Assembly: GCA_002291875.1 (NCBI GenBank)
Contig: DBAV01000021.1
Coordinates: forward strand, 1-45,593
Direction of reading: 5' to 3'
Source of the DNA: Hyphomonadaceae bacterium UBA1001
Lineage (GTDB): Bacteria; Pseudomonadota; Alphaproteobacteria; Caulobacterales; Aquidulcibacteraceae
DNA length: 45,593 nt
Positions 10,609 to 20,233 of the stretch are shown here, one piece after another. Under the pieces are notes generated by a model. The model had not been told where the DNA came from, made no database searches, and worked only from the letters and a program-made list of their open reading frames with translations. The position numbers and the translations under genes are program-made. The stretch's first letter is position 1; every line of letters starts with the position of its first letter.

Positions 10609-12012
10609 ATGCGCGTGGCCGACATTATGCGCAGTGCGGCGGCCGGAATGGGGGCCTTGCTGCTGGCGGCCCCGGTCGTCGCGACCCAGAGCGAGGTCTA
10701 TCCCTCGACCTATGCCGCAATGCCGTCGGTGCCGACCGTGCTGCGCAATGCCTCGCTGTACGATGGTGCCGGGGGCTTTCAGGCCCGAACCGACATCCTG
10801 TTGGTGGATGGCAAGGTCGCGGGGGTGGGACAGGGACTGACCGCCCCGGTCGGCGCGCGCGAGATCGACGCGACGGGCCGTTTTGTCACGCCCGGCCTGA
10901 TCGACGTACATTCGCACCTGGGCGTTTATCCCGCGCCGGGCCTCGACGCCCACTCGGATGGCAATGAGGCGGTCCGGCCGAATACGGCGGACGTCTGGGC
11001 CGAGCATTCCGTGTGGCCGCAGGATCCCGGATTTGACCGCGCGCTGGCCGGTGGGGTGACCACGCTTCAGATCCTGCCCGGCTCGGCAAACCTGTTCGGT
11101 TGCCGCTCGGTGATCCTCAAGAATCTGGTTGGCCGCTCGGTCCAGGACATGAAGTTTCCCGGCGCGCGCTATGGGCTGAAGATGGCCTGCGGTGAAAACC
11201 CCAAGCGCGTCTATGGCGACCAGGGCGGTCCCTCGACCCGGATGGGCAATGTCGCAGGCTATCGCATCGAGTTCGAAAAGGCTGTCGGCTACAAGCGCAA
11301 ATGGGACGAATACGACCAAAAGCTGCGCGCCTATGAGGAAACGCGTGGGCGCCGCAGGCCCGAGCGTCCCACCCCGCCGGATGTCGACCTGCGGCTCGAA
11401 ACGTTGAAGGGTGTGCTCGAGGGCAGCATCCTGCCCCAGATCCACTGCTATCGCGCCGACGAGATGGTCATCATGCTGGACCTGGCGCGTGAGTTCGGCT
11501 TCCGCATCCGCCAGTTCCACCACGCCGTCGAGAGCTACAAGATCGCCGACCTGCTGGCGCGCGAGGAGGTGTGCAGTGCGGTCTGGGCGGACTGGTGGGG
11601 TTTCAAGATCGAAGCCTATGACACGGTCCGCGAAAACGCCTCGCTGATCGACCAGGCCGGGGCGTGCGCGGTGATCCATTCCGACAGCGCGGTGGGCATC
11701 CAGCGCCTGAACCAGGAACTGGCAAAGACCTGGGCCGACGGCGTCAATGCGGGGATCGTCATCGAAAAGGCCCGCGCCTGGCGCTGGCTGGGAATCAATG
11801 CCGCGCGCTCGATCGGGCTCGAAGACCGCATCGGGTCGGTCGAGGTCGGCAAGAATGCCGATGTGGTGGTGTGGTCGCGCGATCCGTTCAGCGTCTATGC
11901 CCAGGCAGACCTGGTGTTCATCGACGGTGCCGTGGCCTTTGACCGATCCGATCCGGCTCGGCGGCCGCGCGGGGATTTCGAGACCGGCCTTGACCTGGGG
12001 GTGGGACGATGA
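10609..12012 (+). CDS. exported metal-dependent amidohydrolase (imidazolonepropionase/dipeptidase-like)
   Basis: Sec-type signal peptide (MRVADIMRSAAAGMGALLLAAPVVA). Canonical PGLIDVHSHLG metal motif (HSH at 10909-10917). Later His/Asp ligand candidates (IHCYR, VIHSDS). Confidence 0.8.
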   Translation: MRVADIMRSAAAGMGALLLAAPVVATQSEVYPSTYAAMPSVPTVLRNASLYDGAGGFQARTDILLVDGKVAGVGQGLTAPVGAREIDATGRFVTPGLIDVHSHLGVYPAPGLDAHSDGNEAVRPNTADVWAEHSVWPQDPGFDRALAGGVTTLQILPGSANLFGCRSVILKNLVGRSVQDMKFPGARYGLKMACGENPKRVYGDQGGPSTRMGNVAGYRIEFEKAVGYKRKWDEYDQKLRAYEETRGRRRPERPTPPDVDLRLETLKGVLEGSILPQIHCYRADEMVIMLDLAREFGFRIRQFHHAVESYKIADLLAREEVCSAVWADWWGFKIEAYDTVRENASLIDQAGACAVIHSDSAVGIQRLNQELAKTWADGVNAGIVIEKARAWRWLGINAARSIGLEDRIGSVEVGKNADVVVWSRDPFSVYAQADLVFIDGAVAFDRSDPARRPRGDFETGLDLGVGR

Positions 12013-13322
12013 GCGGACCGAATCTGCACCGGCGCGCAATGCTGGCGGGACTGTCGGCGTTGGGTGCCGCCCCCGCTCTTGCCCAGGCATCGGTGCCGGC
12101 CGAGGCGGCCGATCAGGCTGTGGCCCTGGTGGGCGGACGCGTGGTCACGAACGCGGGGCCCGTGCTGCCCGAAGGGGTCGTGACCATGCACCGCGGACGC
12201 GTTGTCTCTGTTGGCACCAGCGTTCCCGCCGGTGTACGTGCGGTGGACGTGGCCGGGCACTGGGTGACGCCAGGCATCTTTGTCGGGCACTGCCGTGTCG
12301 GGCTGGCCGAAACCGACATGGACGACGCCACGAATGACAGCCGTGTCGCCAGTTCGATGGTCGCGGCGGTGGCCGACGCCACGTTCGCCTTCGACCCCCA
12401 GGCGGCCAGCGTCGCGGTCAGCCGGCTCGACGGGGTCACCCGGATGGCGGTCGCGCCGATTGGCGGGCCGTCACCGATTTCGGGCTATGGCGCCATTGCG
12501 GACACCTCGGGTCTGCGCTCGGGGATCACGCGCCCACGCGCCTTCATCTCGATCGAGGCCGGCGACCGCGGGGCCGCTCGTGCAGGACGCTCGCGGATGA
12601 CGCTGTGGCCGTGGATCGAGGCGGCGATCGATGATGCCCGCGCGTTTCCGACCCGCTACATGTCCCACTCCGAAGGCAGCGTGCTGCGCCGTCCCGAAGC
12701 CCAGGCCTTCGCCGCGGCCGTGCGGGGCGAGGTGCCGATCCTGTTGGGGGTCGAACGCGAGTCCGACCTCCGTCAGGCCATGGCCCTGCGCCAGCGCCAT
12801 CCGGCGCTGCAGCTGGTGCTGGTCGGCGCGGCCGAAGGCTGGCGGGTTGCCGACGCGCTGGCCGCTGCGGGCCTGCCGGTGATCGTGGATCCCTGGATCA
12901 ACCTGCCCAATCGGTTCGAACAGCGCACAGCCCGGCTCGACAACGCCGCCTTGCTGCAGCGCGCGGGCGTTCGCACGGTGATTGCCCCGCTGGAAAGCCT
13001 GGATGACGGCTTTCTGGCAGGCCTCACGCCCCAGCTGGCCGGCAATGCGGTGGCCAACGGCATGGCCTGGGACGCCGCGTTCGCAGCCATCACCTCGGTC
13101 CCGGCTGCCGTCCACGGACTGCCGGACCATGGTGTTCTGCGCGCGGGGGCGCCGGCGGACATCGTGGTGTGGAATGGTGACCCGCTCGAGGTCACGTCGA
13201 ACGCACGCGCGGTGTATATCGACGGCCGGGCCCTGCCGATGGAAAGCCGCCAGACCCATCTGCGCCGCCGTTACCAGGACCTTCGCGACGCCCGCACCCG
13301 CCCCTTCGGCTATCGGAACTAG
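12009..13322 (+). CDS. amidohydrolase-family protein with degenerate metal site (probable non-catalytic partner)
   Basis: ATGA overlap with the upstream amidohydrolase and the same fold landmarks (VTPGI..., ADIVVWNGDPLE). Twin-arginine-like leader (HRRAMLAGLSALGAAPALAQA). The HxH position reads H-C-R (12288-12296). Confidence 0.7.
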   Translation: MSGPNLHRRAMLAGLSALGAAPALAQASVPAEAADQAVALVGGRVVTNAGPVLPEGVVTMHRGRVVSVGTSVPAGVRAVDVAGHWVTPGIFVGHCRVGLAETDMDDATNDSRVASSMVAAVADATFAFDPQAASVAVSRLDGVTRMAVAPIGGPSPISGYGAIADTSGLRSGITRPRAFISIEAGDRGAARAGRSRMTLWPWIEAAIDDARAFPTRYMSHSEGSVLRRPEAQAFAAAVRGEVPILLGVERESDLRQAMALRQRHPALQLVLVGAAEGWRVADALAAAGLPVIVDPWINLPNRFEQRTARLDNAALLQRAGVRTVIAPLESLDDGFLAGLTPQLAGNAVANGMAWDAAFAAITSVPAAVHGLPDHGVLRAGAPADIVVWNGDPLEVTSNARAVYIDGRALPMESRQTHLRRRYQDLRDARTRPFGYRN

Positions 13323-14182
13323 CGCTGGCAGCGGCCACAATAGAAGGTCGAGCGGCCGGACTGCACGATGCGTCGCACCACGGTGCCGCATCCCGGTGCT
13401 GGGCAAAGGGCGCCTTCGCGGCCATAGACGCGGAAGGTTTCCTGGAACTGGCCCGCGGCGCCGTCCGCAGAAGCGAAATCACGCAGGGTCGAGCCGCCGA
13501 CCGCCACCGCCTCCAGCAGAACCTCGCGGATGGCGACGGCCAGCCGACCGGCACGGGCCGCAGAGACCGTCCGGGCCTGGCGTCGTGGCGACAGCCCCGA
13601 CCGGTGCAGCGCCTCGCACACATAGATGTTTCCAAGGCCCGCCACGACGGCCTGGTCCAGCAGCGCCGCCTTCAGCGGCGTGCGTCGGCCTGCCAGCGCC
13701 CGGGCCAACGCTTCGGCGTCGAAGGCGTCGGAAAGCGGCTCGGGCCCCATGCCGGCAAAATGCGCGCACGCATCGAGTGCCGCACTGGGCACCAGGTCCA
13801 TATAGCCGAACCGGCGCGGGTCGTTGAACACCACCCGCACGCCATTGCCCAGCCGGAACTCGACATGGTCGTGCCGCGGATCAGCGCCAGTGTCATAGAC
13901 ATACGCGCCCAGGAGGTCGGCCCCGCGATCACCCACCACGGTCAGGCGTCCCGTCATGCCCAGGTGAACGATCAGGGTCTCGCCGGTGGAGAGCACCGCC
14001 AGCAGGTATTTGCCGCGCCGGCCCACGGCCTCGACCATGGCGCCGGAAAGCCTCGGGGCGAACCGTTCGGGGAAGGGAAAGCGAAGGTCGGGCCGGGCCA
14101 GGGTGACGCCCGCGATCCACTGGCCCGTCAGCACGGGCGCCAGACCGCGGCGCACGGTTTCGACCTCGGGCAGCTCAGGCAT
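13319..14182 (-). CDS. mutM: formamidopyrimidine-DNA glycosylase
   Basis: N-terminal [14 protein letters not shown] and a C-terminal zinc finger CPAPGCG...FYCGRCQ. 287 aa. Confidence 0.95.
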   Translation of the reverse strand: MPELPEVETVRRGLAPVLTGQWIAGVTLARPDLRFPFPERFAPRLSGAMVEAVGRRGKYLLAVLSTGETLIVHLGMTGRLTVVGDRGADLLGAYVYDTGADPRHDHVEFRLGNGVRVVFNDPRRFGYMDLVPSAALDACAHFAGMGPEPLSDAFDAEALARALAGRRTPLKAALLDQAVVAGLGNIYVCEALHRSGLSPRRQARTVSAARAGRLAVAIREVLLEAVAVGGSTLRDFASADGAAGQFQETFRVYGREGALCPAPGCGTVVRRIVQSGRSTFYCGRCQR

Positions 14183-14276
14183 GGATGTGCCCGCTGGACG
14201 GCGTTCCAGGGCGGCGCGGATGCGACATGGGGCCGATATGGCGCACGTCGCGATGCGGCGCTATGAGGACGCCTGC

Positions 14277-15074
14277 ATGAGCCTGCCCGAACCCGATGCC
14301 CAACGCCCCGACATGCCACAGGACACCGTGTCCTTTGGTTTCGAGGACATTCCTGCCGCCACCAAGGCCGGGCGCGTGCGCGCGGTCTTTGACAGCGTGG
14401 CGGGCCGCTATGACCTGATGAACGACCTTATGTCGCTGGGTGCGCACCGTCTGTGGAAGGATGCGGTGATCGACCGTCTGCATCCCCAGCCGGGGCAGTT
14501 TCTGGTGGATGTTGCCGGGGGGACGGGCGATCTGGCGCGGCGTTTCGTCGACCGGGCGCGGCGGGCGGGGCTTCGGCGCAGCGATGGCCGGCCAGCGCGG
14601 GCGGTGGTGGTGGACATCAACCATTCCATGCTGGTGGCCGGTCGCAACCGCGGCACCGACGAGGCGATCGAATGGGCGGTCGGCGATGCGCAGCGCCTGC
14701 CCCTGCCGGATGGCTGCGCGGACGCGGTCACCATCGCCTTTGGCATCCGCAATGTGACCGATATCCCGGCCGCCCTGGTCGACATGCGCAGGGTCCTGCG
14801 TCCCGGGGGGCGTTTTGCCTGTCTGGAGTTCTCACGCCCGATCAACGCCACCATCCAGCGCGGATATGACGCCTGGGCCTTTCGCGCGATCCCGCGCATT
14901 GGCGCGATGGTCACCGGCGACGAAGGGTCCTACCGCTATCTGGTCGAAAGCATCGCCCGCTTTCCCGAGCCCGCCCGCTTTGCCGCCATGGTCGTCCAGG
15001 CCGGCTTCCGGCGCGTCGAGGTGACCCGCTTTGCCGGGGGCGTGGTGGCGCTGCACACGGGATGGGCGCTGTGA
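14277..15074 (+). CDS. ubiE: demethylmenaquinone/ubiquinone C-methyltransferase UbiE
   Basis: VSFGF...V(x)[26 protein letters not shown] plus the SAM motif VDVAGGTGD. The start is ambiguous (ATG 14238, 14277 or 14313). Confidence 0.9.
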   Translation: MSLPEPDAQRPDMPQDTVSFGFEDIPAATKAGRVRAVFDSVAGRYDLMNDLMSLGAHRLWKDAVIDRLHPQPGQFLVDVAGGTGDLARRFVDRARRAGLRRSDGRPARAVVVDINHSMLVAGRNRGTDEAIEWAVGDAQRLPLPDGCADAVTIAFGIRNVTDIPAALVDMRRVLRPGGRFACLEFSRPINATIQRGYDAWAFRAIPRIGAMVTGDEGSYRYLVESIARFPEPARFAAMVVQAGFRRVEVTRFAGGVVALHTGWAL

Positions 15075-15168
15075 GCCGCGGGCAACCTTTCCCTAAGCCC
15101 GCCCGTGCAAGGTCGCCCGACGCCGCGGGGCGGGACGGCGCCGGCCGGACCGCGCGCTAGGAACCGCC

Positions 15169-16689
15169 ATGTTCGCCTGGATCGCCCATTCCTTGCGCCT
15201 GCTGCGCGCCGCGTTCACGCTGGCCAGCTATGACGCGCTGCTGCCGCGCGAATACCGTGAGCGCCTGCCCTGGCCGGCCCGGGTGATGTCCTGGACGGTG
15301 GGCATTTTCGGGCGGGTATCGCTGATGCCGCCGGGCAAGCGGCTCGAGCGCGCGCTGCGCAGCCTGGGCCCGGGCTATATCAAGTTTGGCCAGTTCCTGG
15401 CTTCGCGCCCCGACATGATCGGCAAGCAGGCCGCCGAGGACCTCTCGCGCCTCAAGGACCGCATGCCCTCCTTCTCGCGCGAAGAGGCACTGGACGCCAT
15501 CAATGACGAGCTGGGTGCCACCGAGACGCTGTTCGGGGCCTTTTCAGAGGCGGTGGCTGCCGCATCTGTCGCCCAGGTCCACAAGGCGCTGCTGCCCGGC
15601 GGTGGCGCCGCAGCCGTCAAGGTGCTGCGACCCAGGATCGAGCGCCGACTGAACCGCGACATGGCTGCCTTTGCCTTCGGGGCCGGGTTAGCGGAACGGT
15701 TCGCGCCACAGTCGCGCCGCCTGCGCCCTCTCGAATTCGTCGCCACGGTCTGGCAGTCCGTCGAGCGTGAACTGGACCTGCGGATCGAGGCCGGCGGTGC
15801 GGACGAATTCCGCGAAGTGGCTGCCCGCGACGGCTATTTCCACGTCCCCCGCGTGGACTGGGCCCGTTCGGGCAAACGTGTGCTGACCATCGAATGGATC
15901 GAGGGCGCGCCGCTGACCGACCTGGCGGCGGTCGACCGCATGGGTGCCGACCGCCCCGCGCTGGCGAATGCGGTCACGCGCGGCTTTCTTGCTTCGGCGC
16001 TGGACCACGGGCTGTTCCATGCCGACATGCACGAAGGCAACATGATCTATGGCGAGGACGGCAAGCTCTGGCTGGTCGATTTCGGGATCATGGGACGCCT
16101 TGGCGAGGCTGAACGCCGCTATCTGGCGGAAATCCTGCACGGCTTTCTGAGGCGCGACTATCTGCGTGTGGCCGAGGTGCATCTCGAGGCCGGTTATGTG
16201 CCGCGCCGTCACAGCGCGGCCGAATTCGCCCAGGCCCTGCGTTCGGTCGGCGAGCCGATCTTTGGGAAGACCGCGGACAAGGTCTCGATGGGCCGCCTGC
16301 TGCTGCAGCTGTTCGATGTCACCCACCTCTATGGCATGCGGATGCGGCCCGAGCTGATCCTGCTGCAGAAGACCATGGTGCAGATGGAGGCCGTGGCGCG
16401 TGCCCTCGACCCCAAGCACGACATCTGGGAGGCCTCGCGCCCCATCGTCGAGCGTTGGGTGCGTCGCGAGCTGGGCCCCGAGGGTGTGGCGAAACGCTTT
16501 ACCGACGAGGCGTTCACCGGGATCAAGGCGCTGCGCCGCCTGCCGCACGCCCTCTCGGCGCTCGAAGATGCCTCGCGAACCGCAGCCCTGCGTTTCGCTC
16601 CTGAAGAGAACCCGCGCTTCCCCTGGCTGGTTGTGATCGCGTCGGCCTCGGTCGGCGCGTTGATCACCCTGGTGCTGGGCGTGCGATGA
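15169..16689 (+). CDS. ubiB: ubiquinone biosynthesis regulatory kinase UbiB (ABC1/ADCK family)
   Basis: 506 aa with GPGYIKFGQFLASRPD, AAASVAQVHKA and FHADMHEGN motifs, and a C-terminal TM segment. Directly downstream of ubiE. Confidence 0.9.
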   Translation: MFAWIAHSLRLLRAAFTLASYDALLPREYRERLPWPARVMSWTVGIFGRVSLMPPGKRLERALRSLGPGYIKFGQFLASRPDMIGKQAAEDLSRLKDRMPSFSREEALDAINDELGATETLFGAFSEAVAAASVAQVHKALLPGGGAAAVKVLRPRIERRLNRDMAAFAFGAGLAERFAPQSRRLRPLEFVATVWQSVERELDLRIEAGGADEFREVAARDGYFHVPRVDWARSGKRVLTIEWIEGAPLTDLAAVDRMGADRPALANAVTRGFLASALDHGLFHADMHEGNMIYGEDGKLWLVDFGIMGRLGEAERRYLAEILHGFLRRDYLRVAEVHLEAGYVPRRHSAAEFAQALRSVGEPIFGKTADKVSMGRLLLQLFDVTHLYGMRMRPELILLQKTMVQMEAVARALDPKHDIWEASRPIVERWVRRELGPEGVAKRFTDEAFTGIKALRRLPHALSALEDASRTAALRFAPEENPRFPWLVVIASASVGALITLVLGVR

Positions 16690-16807
16690 CCGTGCACCGC
16701 GGGGGCGGCTGCACCCTCGGGCGCACGGGCGTTGCATCTGCAACGGGGGCGCCGGACTTGCAGCCAGGGGGCCGATGCGCCGCCGCCTGGCCCATCACGG
16801 AACGACC

Positions 16808-18034
16808 ATGACCGCACCCTCTCCTCGCGTACTGCTGATCGTCGGTGGCGGCATCGCGGCCTACAAGGCGCTGGAACTGGTCCGCGAGCTGCAGCGCTCG
16901 GACATCGGCGTGCGCGCCATCCTGACATCGGCCGGGGCGCGGTTCGTCACGCCGCTCTCGCTGGAGGCCCTGACCCACGACCGTGTGCGCACCGAACTGT
17001 TCGAGTTGGGCGCCGAGTCCGAGATGGGCCATATCGAGCTCTCGCGCTCGGCCGACCTTGTGGTGGTCGCGCCCGCAACGGCCGATCTGATCGCCAAGGC
17101 TGCCAACGGCCATGCCAACGATCTGGCTTCCACCGCTCTGCTGGCCACCGACAAGCCGGTCCTGATGGCGCCCGCCATGAATGTGCGGATGTGGCAGCAC
17201 CCGGCGGTCCAGCGCAATGTGGCGCGCCTGCAGGCCGATGGGGTGCATTTCGTCGGCCCGGACGACGGCCAGATGGCCTGCGGCGAGTTCGGGCCCGGGC
17301 GGATGGCCGAGCCGGCGGCGATCGCCGCGCAGGTCCATGCCATGCTCGGCCTGGCCGAAAGGACAGGCACCGCCATGCTGGATGGCCGCCACGCCATCGT
17401 GACCGCCGGCCCCACCCGCGAGGCGCTGGACCCGGTCCGCTATCTGTCGAACCACTCCAGCGGCCAACAGGGCTATGCCATCGCCGCTGCTCTGGCCGCC
17501 AAGGGGGCAAGGGTCACGTTGGTGTCCGGGCCGACCGGACTGACGACGCCCCACGGGGTCTTGCGTGTGGACGTGACCAGCGCGCGCGAGATGATGGCGG
17601 CTGTCGAGGCTGCCCTGCCGGCGGATGTCTTCGTGGGGGTGGCAGCCGTGGCCGACTGGCGACCGGAAAATCCGCCCGACCGCAAGATCAAGATCGAGAA
17701 GGCCGCGGGGCACGCTTTGCGGCTGATCCCAAACCCCGACATCCTGGCCACCGTCGCCGCTCTGCCCGCCGGGCGCCGCCCGTCCCTGGTGGTCGGCTTT
17801 GCCGCGGAAACCCATGACGTCGAAGCCCACGCGGTGGCCAAACGGGCACGCAAGGGCTGCGACTGGATCGTCGCCAATGATGTTTCAGGCGATGTGATGG
17901 GCGGCCCCGAAAACGAGGCCATTCTGATCACCGGCGAGGGTGCGACGCGGTGGCCCAGGGGGCCCAAGACCGAACTTGCCCGCAGGCTGGCCATGGCGAT
18001 TGCCGGCCAAATCGGCGGCGCGGGCCACCGGTGA
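16808..18034 (+). CDS. coaBC: bifunctional phosphopantothenoylcysteine decarboxylase / phosphopantothenate-cysteine ligase
   Basis: N-terminal flavoprotein motif [12 protein letters not shown], PAMNxxMW, and a C-terminal CoaB half ([28 protein letters not shown]). Confidence 0.9.
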   Translation: MTAPSPRVLLIVGGGIAAYKALELVRELQRSDIGVRAILTSAGARFVTPLSLEALTHDRVRTELFELGAESEMGHIELSRSADLVVVAPATADLIAKAANGHANDLASTALLATDKPVLMAPAMNVRMWQHPAVQRNVARLQADGVHFVGPDDGQMACGEFGPGRMAEPAAIAAQVHAMLGLAERTGTAMLDGRHAIVTAGPTREALDPVRYLSNHSSGQQGYAIAAALAAKGARVTLVSGPTGLTTPHGVLRVDVTSAREMMAAVEAALPADVFVGVAAVADWRPENPPDRKIKIEKAAGHALRLIPNPDILATVAALPAGRRPSLVVGFAAETHDVEAHAVAKRARKGCDWIVANDVSGDVMGGPENEAILITGEGATRWPRGPKTELARRLAMAIAGQIGGAGHR

Positions 18035-18714
18035 TCCTGCGCACGCGCATCAAGGTGTGCTGCATCGCTTCTCTCGAGGAAGCAGACGCCGCGATTGCTG
18101 CCGGTGCCGATGCCCTGGGCCTGGTGGGCGCGATGCCATCGGGTCCGGGTGCGATCGACGATGCGACCATTGGCGCCATCACCGCCCACGTGCCCCCGCC
18201 GGTTGCAACCGTCCTGCTGACGTCACGGACCACCGCCGCCGACATCAGCGACCATCTGCGTGCAACCCGCCCGGACACGGTCCAGATCGTCAACCACATC
18301 GACCCTGCCGAGCTTGAACGTCTGGCCCGGCTCGAACCTGTGGTCCGCCGCGTTCAGGTGATCCATGTCGAGGGTCCCGAGGCGCTGGACCTGATCCCCG
18401 CCTACAGCCCCTTCGTGGATGTCTTCCTGCTGGATTCGGGACGGCCTGGCGCGGCGATTCCCGAGCTGGGCGGCACGGGGCGGGCCCATGACTGGGCCAT
18501 CAGCGCCGCCTTCGTCGCCGCCAGCCCGCGGCCGGTCTTCCTTGCCGGGGGCCTGACTGCCGCCAACGTGGCCGAAGCCATCAGGACCGTCCGGCCTTTC
18601 GGGGTCGACCTGTGCTCGGGCGTGCGCAGCGAAGGCAGGCTGGATGTCGCCAGGCTGCATGCCTTTGTCGGTGCGATCGCCGATGCCGATCGCGCCCGTC
18701 GCTGGCGAGGCTAA
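18031..18714 (+). CDS. phosphoribosylanthranilate isomerase (PRAI/TrpF) family protein
   Basis: IKVCCIASLEEA (compare KxCGIT), LLDSG...GGTGRAHDW, FLAGGLTAANV and GVDLCSGVRSEGRLD align by eye to TrpF landmarks. GTGA overlap with the coaBC stop. Confidence 0.65.
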   Translation: MILRTRIKVCCIASLEEADAAIAAGADALGLVGAMPSGPGAIDDATIGAITAHVPPPVATVLLTSRTTAADISDHLRATRPDTVQIVNHIDPAELERLARLEPVVRRVQVIHVEGPEALDLIPAYSPFVDVFLLDSGRPGAAIPELGGTGRAHDWAISAAFVAASPRPVFLAGGLTAANVAEAIRTVRPFGVDLCSGVRSEGRLDVARLHAFVGAIADADRARRWRG

Positions 18715-18721
18715 GCGCGCC

Positions 18722-19177
18722 TCAGAATGTCGGCTCGAGCGTGACCAGCAGGACCACCGCGATGGCGATCAGGAAAGGCACCTCGTTCAGCATCCGCCAG
18801 CGCCTGGACGATCCGGGCCGCTCGCCGGCGGCAAAGCGCCTGCGCGCGCCCGCCAGCATGCCGTGATAGCCGCTGAGGGCCAGCACCAGCACCAGCTTGG
18901 CGACCATCCAGGGCTGCATCGCGGTCTCCCAGCCCCGCGCCCACAGCATGGCAAGCCCCAGCACCCAGGTTGCGATCATCGCCGGGTTCAAGATGACGGC
19001 CATCACGCGCCGTGCACCCTCGGTCATCTTGAGTTCCAGCTCGCCCCCGCGCGCGGCCTCGGCGTGATAGGCGAACAGGCGCGGCAGCATCAAAAGCCCC
19101 GCCATCCATGCGATCACCGCCAGCAGGTGCAGCCCCCGCAGCAGGTCATAGGGGATCGCATGGATCAGGTCCGTCAC
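18722..19177 (-). CDS. hemJ: protoporphyrinogen IX oxidase HemJ (UPF0093/CopD-like membrane protein)
   Basis: LHLLAVIAWMAGLLMLPRLFAYHAE signature, about 150 aa, 4 TM segments. GTG 19177 overlaps the hemH stop (GTGA). Confidence 0.8.
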   Translation of the reverse strand: MTDLIHAIPYDLLRGLHLLAVIAWMAGLLMLPRLFAYHAEAARGGELELKMTEGARRVMAVILNPAMIATWVLGLAMLWARGWETAMQPWMVAKLVLVLALSGYHGMLAGARRRFAAGERPGSSRRWRMLNEVPFLIAIAVVLLVTLEPTF

Positions 19178-20214
19178 GCCGCAACCGCTTTCTGGGGGCA
19201 CATGCCGAACTGGCCGGGGCAGATGCGCCCGCCCGCCTCGGACATGACCTCGCGGCCGCCACCCACGACGGCCAGTACGCGGTCGGCCAGCGCCTCGATC
19301 CACACCGGCTGGTCGCCCAGGGCCTTTGCGCGCAGATAGAAGGGCAACTTGGCCTCGTCGGCCTTCTCGCGATATTCGATGTCCAGTTCCACCAGTGTCT
19401 CGACATGCTCGGAGACGAAGGCGATGGGCGAGACGATCACCCCGACGCCCTCATGGCCGGCGCGCTCGATCTCGTCCTCGGTGGCCGGACCAATCCATTT
19501 CAGCGGGCCCACCCGCGACTGATAGCAGATCACGGTATCCCACTCGGGTGGCAGCATGGGCCGCACCGCTGCAACCGTCTGCTCGACCTGCCACTGATAG
19601 GGATCGCCCCGATCGACATTGCGCTGGGGCAGGCCGTGTGCCGAGAACAGCACGCGCGGAGCGGCCGGGCTGCCGCCCTCGCGCCAGGCCGACATGATCG
19701 CTTCGGCGTGGGCCCGGGCAAATCCCTTGATGGTCGGATAGCAGCACAGCACCCGCGTGGGTCCCTGCCAGGCCTGTTTCCACGCCTTGACCGACGACCC
19801 GGTCGTGGTGGCCGAGAATTGCGGATAAAGCGGAACCAGCAAGGCCTCGGTGGCTCCCCATTCGCGTGCCGCAGCCGCCGCGTCCTCGGTAAAGGGCTTC
19901 CAGTACCGCATGGCGATGAAGGTACGCACCTCGATGCCCGGGTCCAGCCTTGCCCGCACCGCGCGTTCCAGCGCGTCGGTCTGGCGCTGGGTCTCGGGCA
20001 GCAGCGGTGAGCCACCCCCCATCATCGCATAGTTCTCGCGCGAGCCCGGCGCCCGCCGACGCGAGATCAGGCCCGCCAGCGGTGTGCGCACAATGCCCGG
20101 CAGGGCGATGATCGCGGGGTCGTTGAACAGGTTGAACAGGAAAGGCTGGACCGCATCGGGCCCATCCGGCCCGCCAAGGTTCAGCGCAATCAGGGCGAGG
20201 CGTCTCTGCGTCAT
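19174..20214 (-). CDS. hemH: ferrochelatase
   Basis: ALIALNLGGPD, FSAHGLP and the general ferrochelatase layout. ATG 20214 chosen because the longer track ORF would overlap hemE. Confidence 0.9.
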   Translation of the reverse strand: MTQRRLALIALNLGGPDGPDAVQPFLFNLFNDPAIIALPGIVRTPLAGLISRRRAPGSRENYAMMGGGSPLLPETQRQTDALERAVRARLDPGIEVRTFIAMRYWKPFTEDAAAAAREWGATEALLVPLYPQFSATTTGSSVKAWKQAWQGPTRVLCCYPTIKGFARAHAEAIMSAWREGGSPAAPRVLFSAHGLPQRNVDRGDPYQWQVEQTVAAVRPMLPPEWDTVICYQSRVGPLKWIGPATEDEIERAGHEGVGVIVSPIAFVSEHVETLVELDIEYREKADEAKLPFYLRAKALGDQPVWIEALADRVLAVVGGGREVMSEAGGRICPGQFGMCPQKAVAA

Positions 20215-20233
20215 GTGTGGTCCCGTGATCGCC

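Noticed and set aside
10602-10609. ATGTTTCA half-parS-like sequence at the amidohydrolase start codon
   Set aside because: Only one half-site of the palindrome is present, with no inverted partner. It is very likely coincidental.
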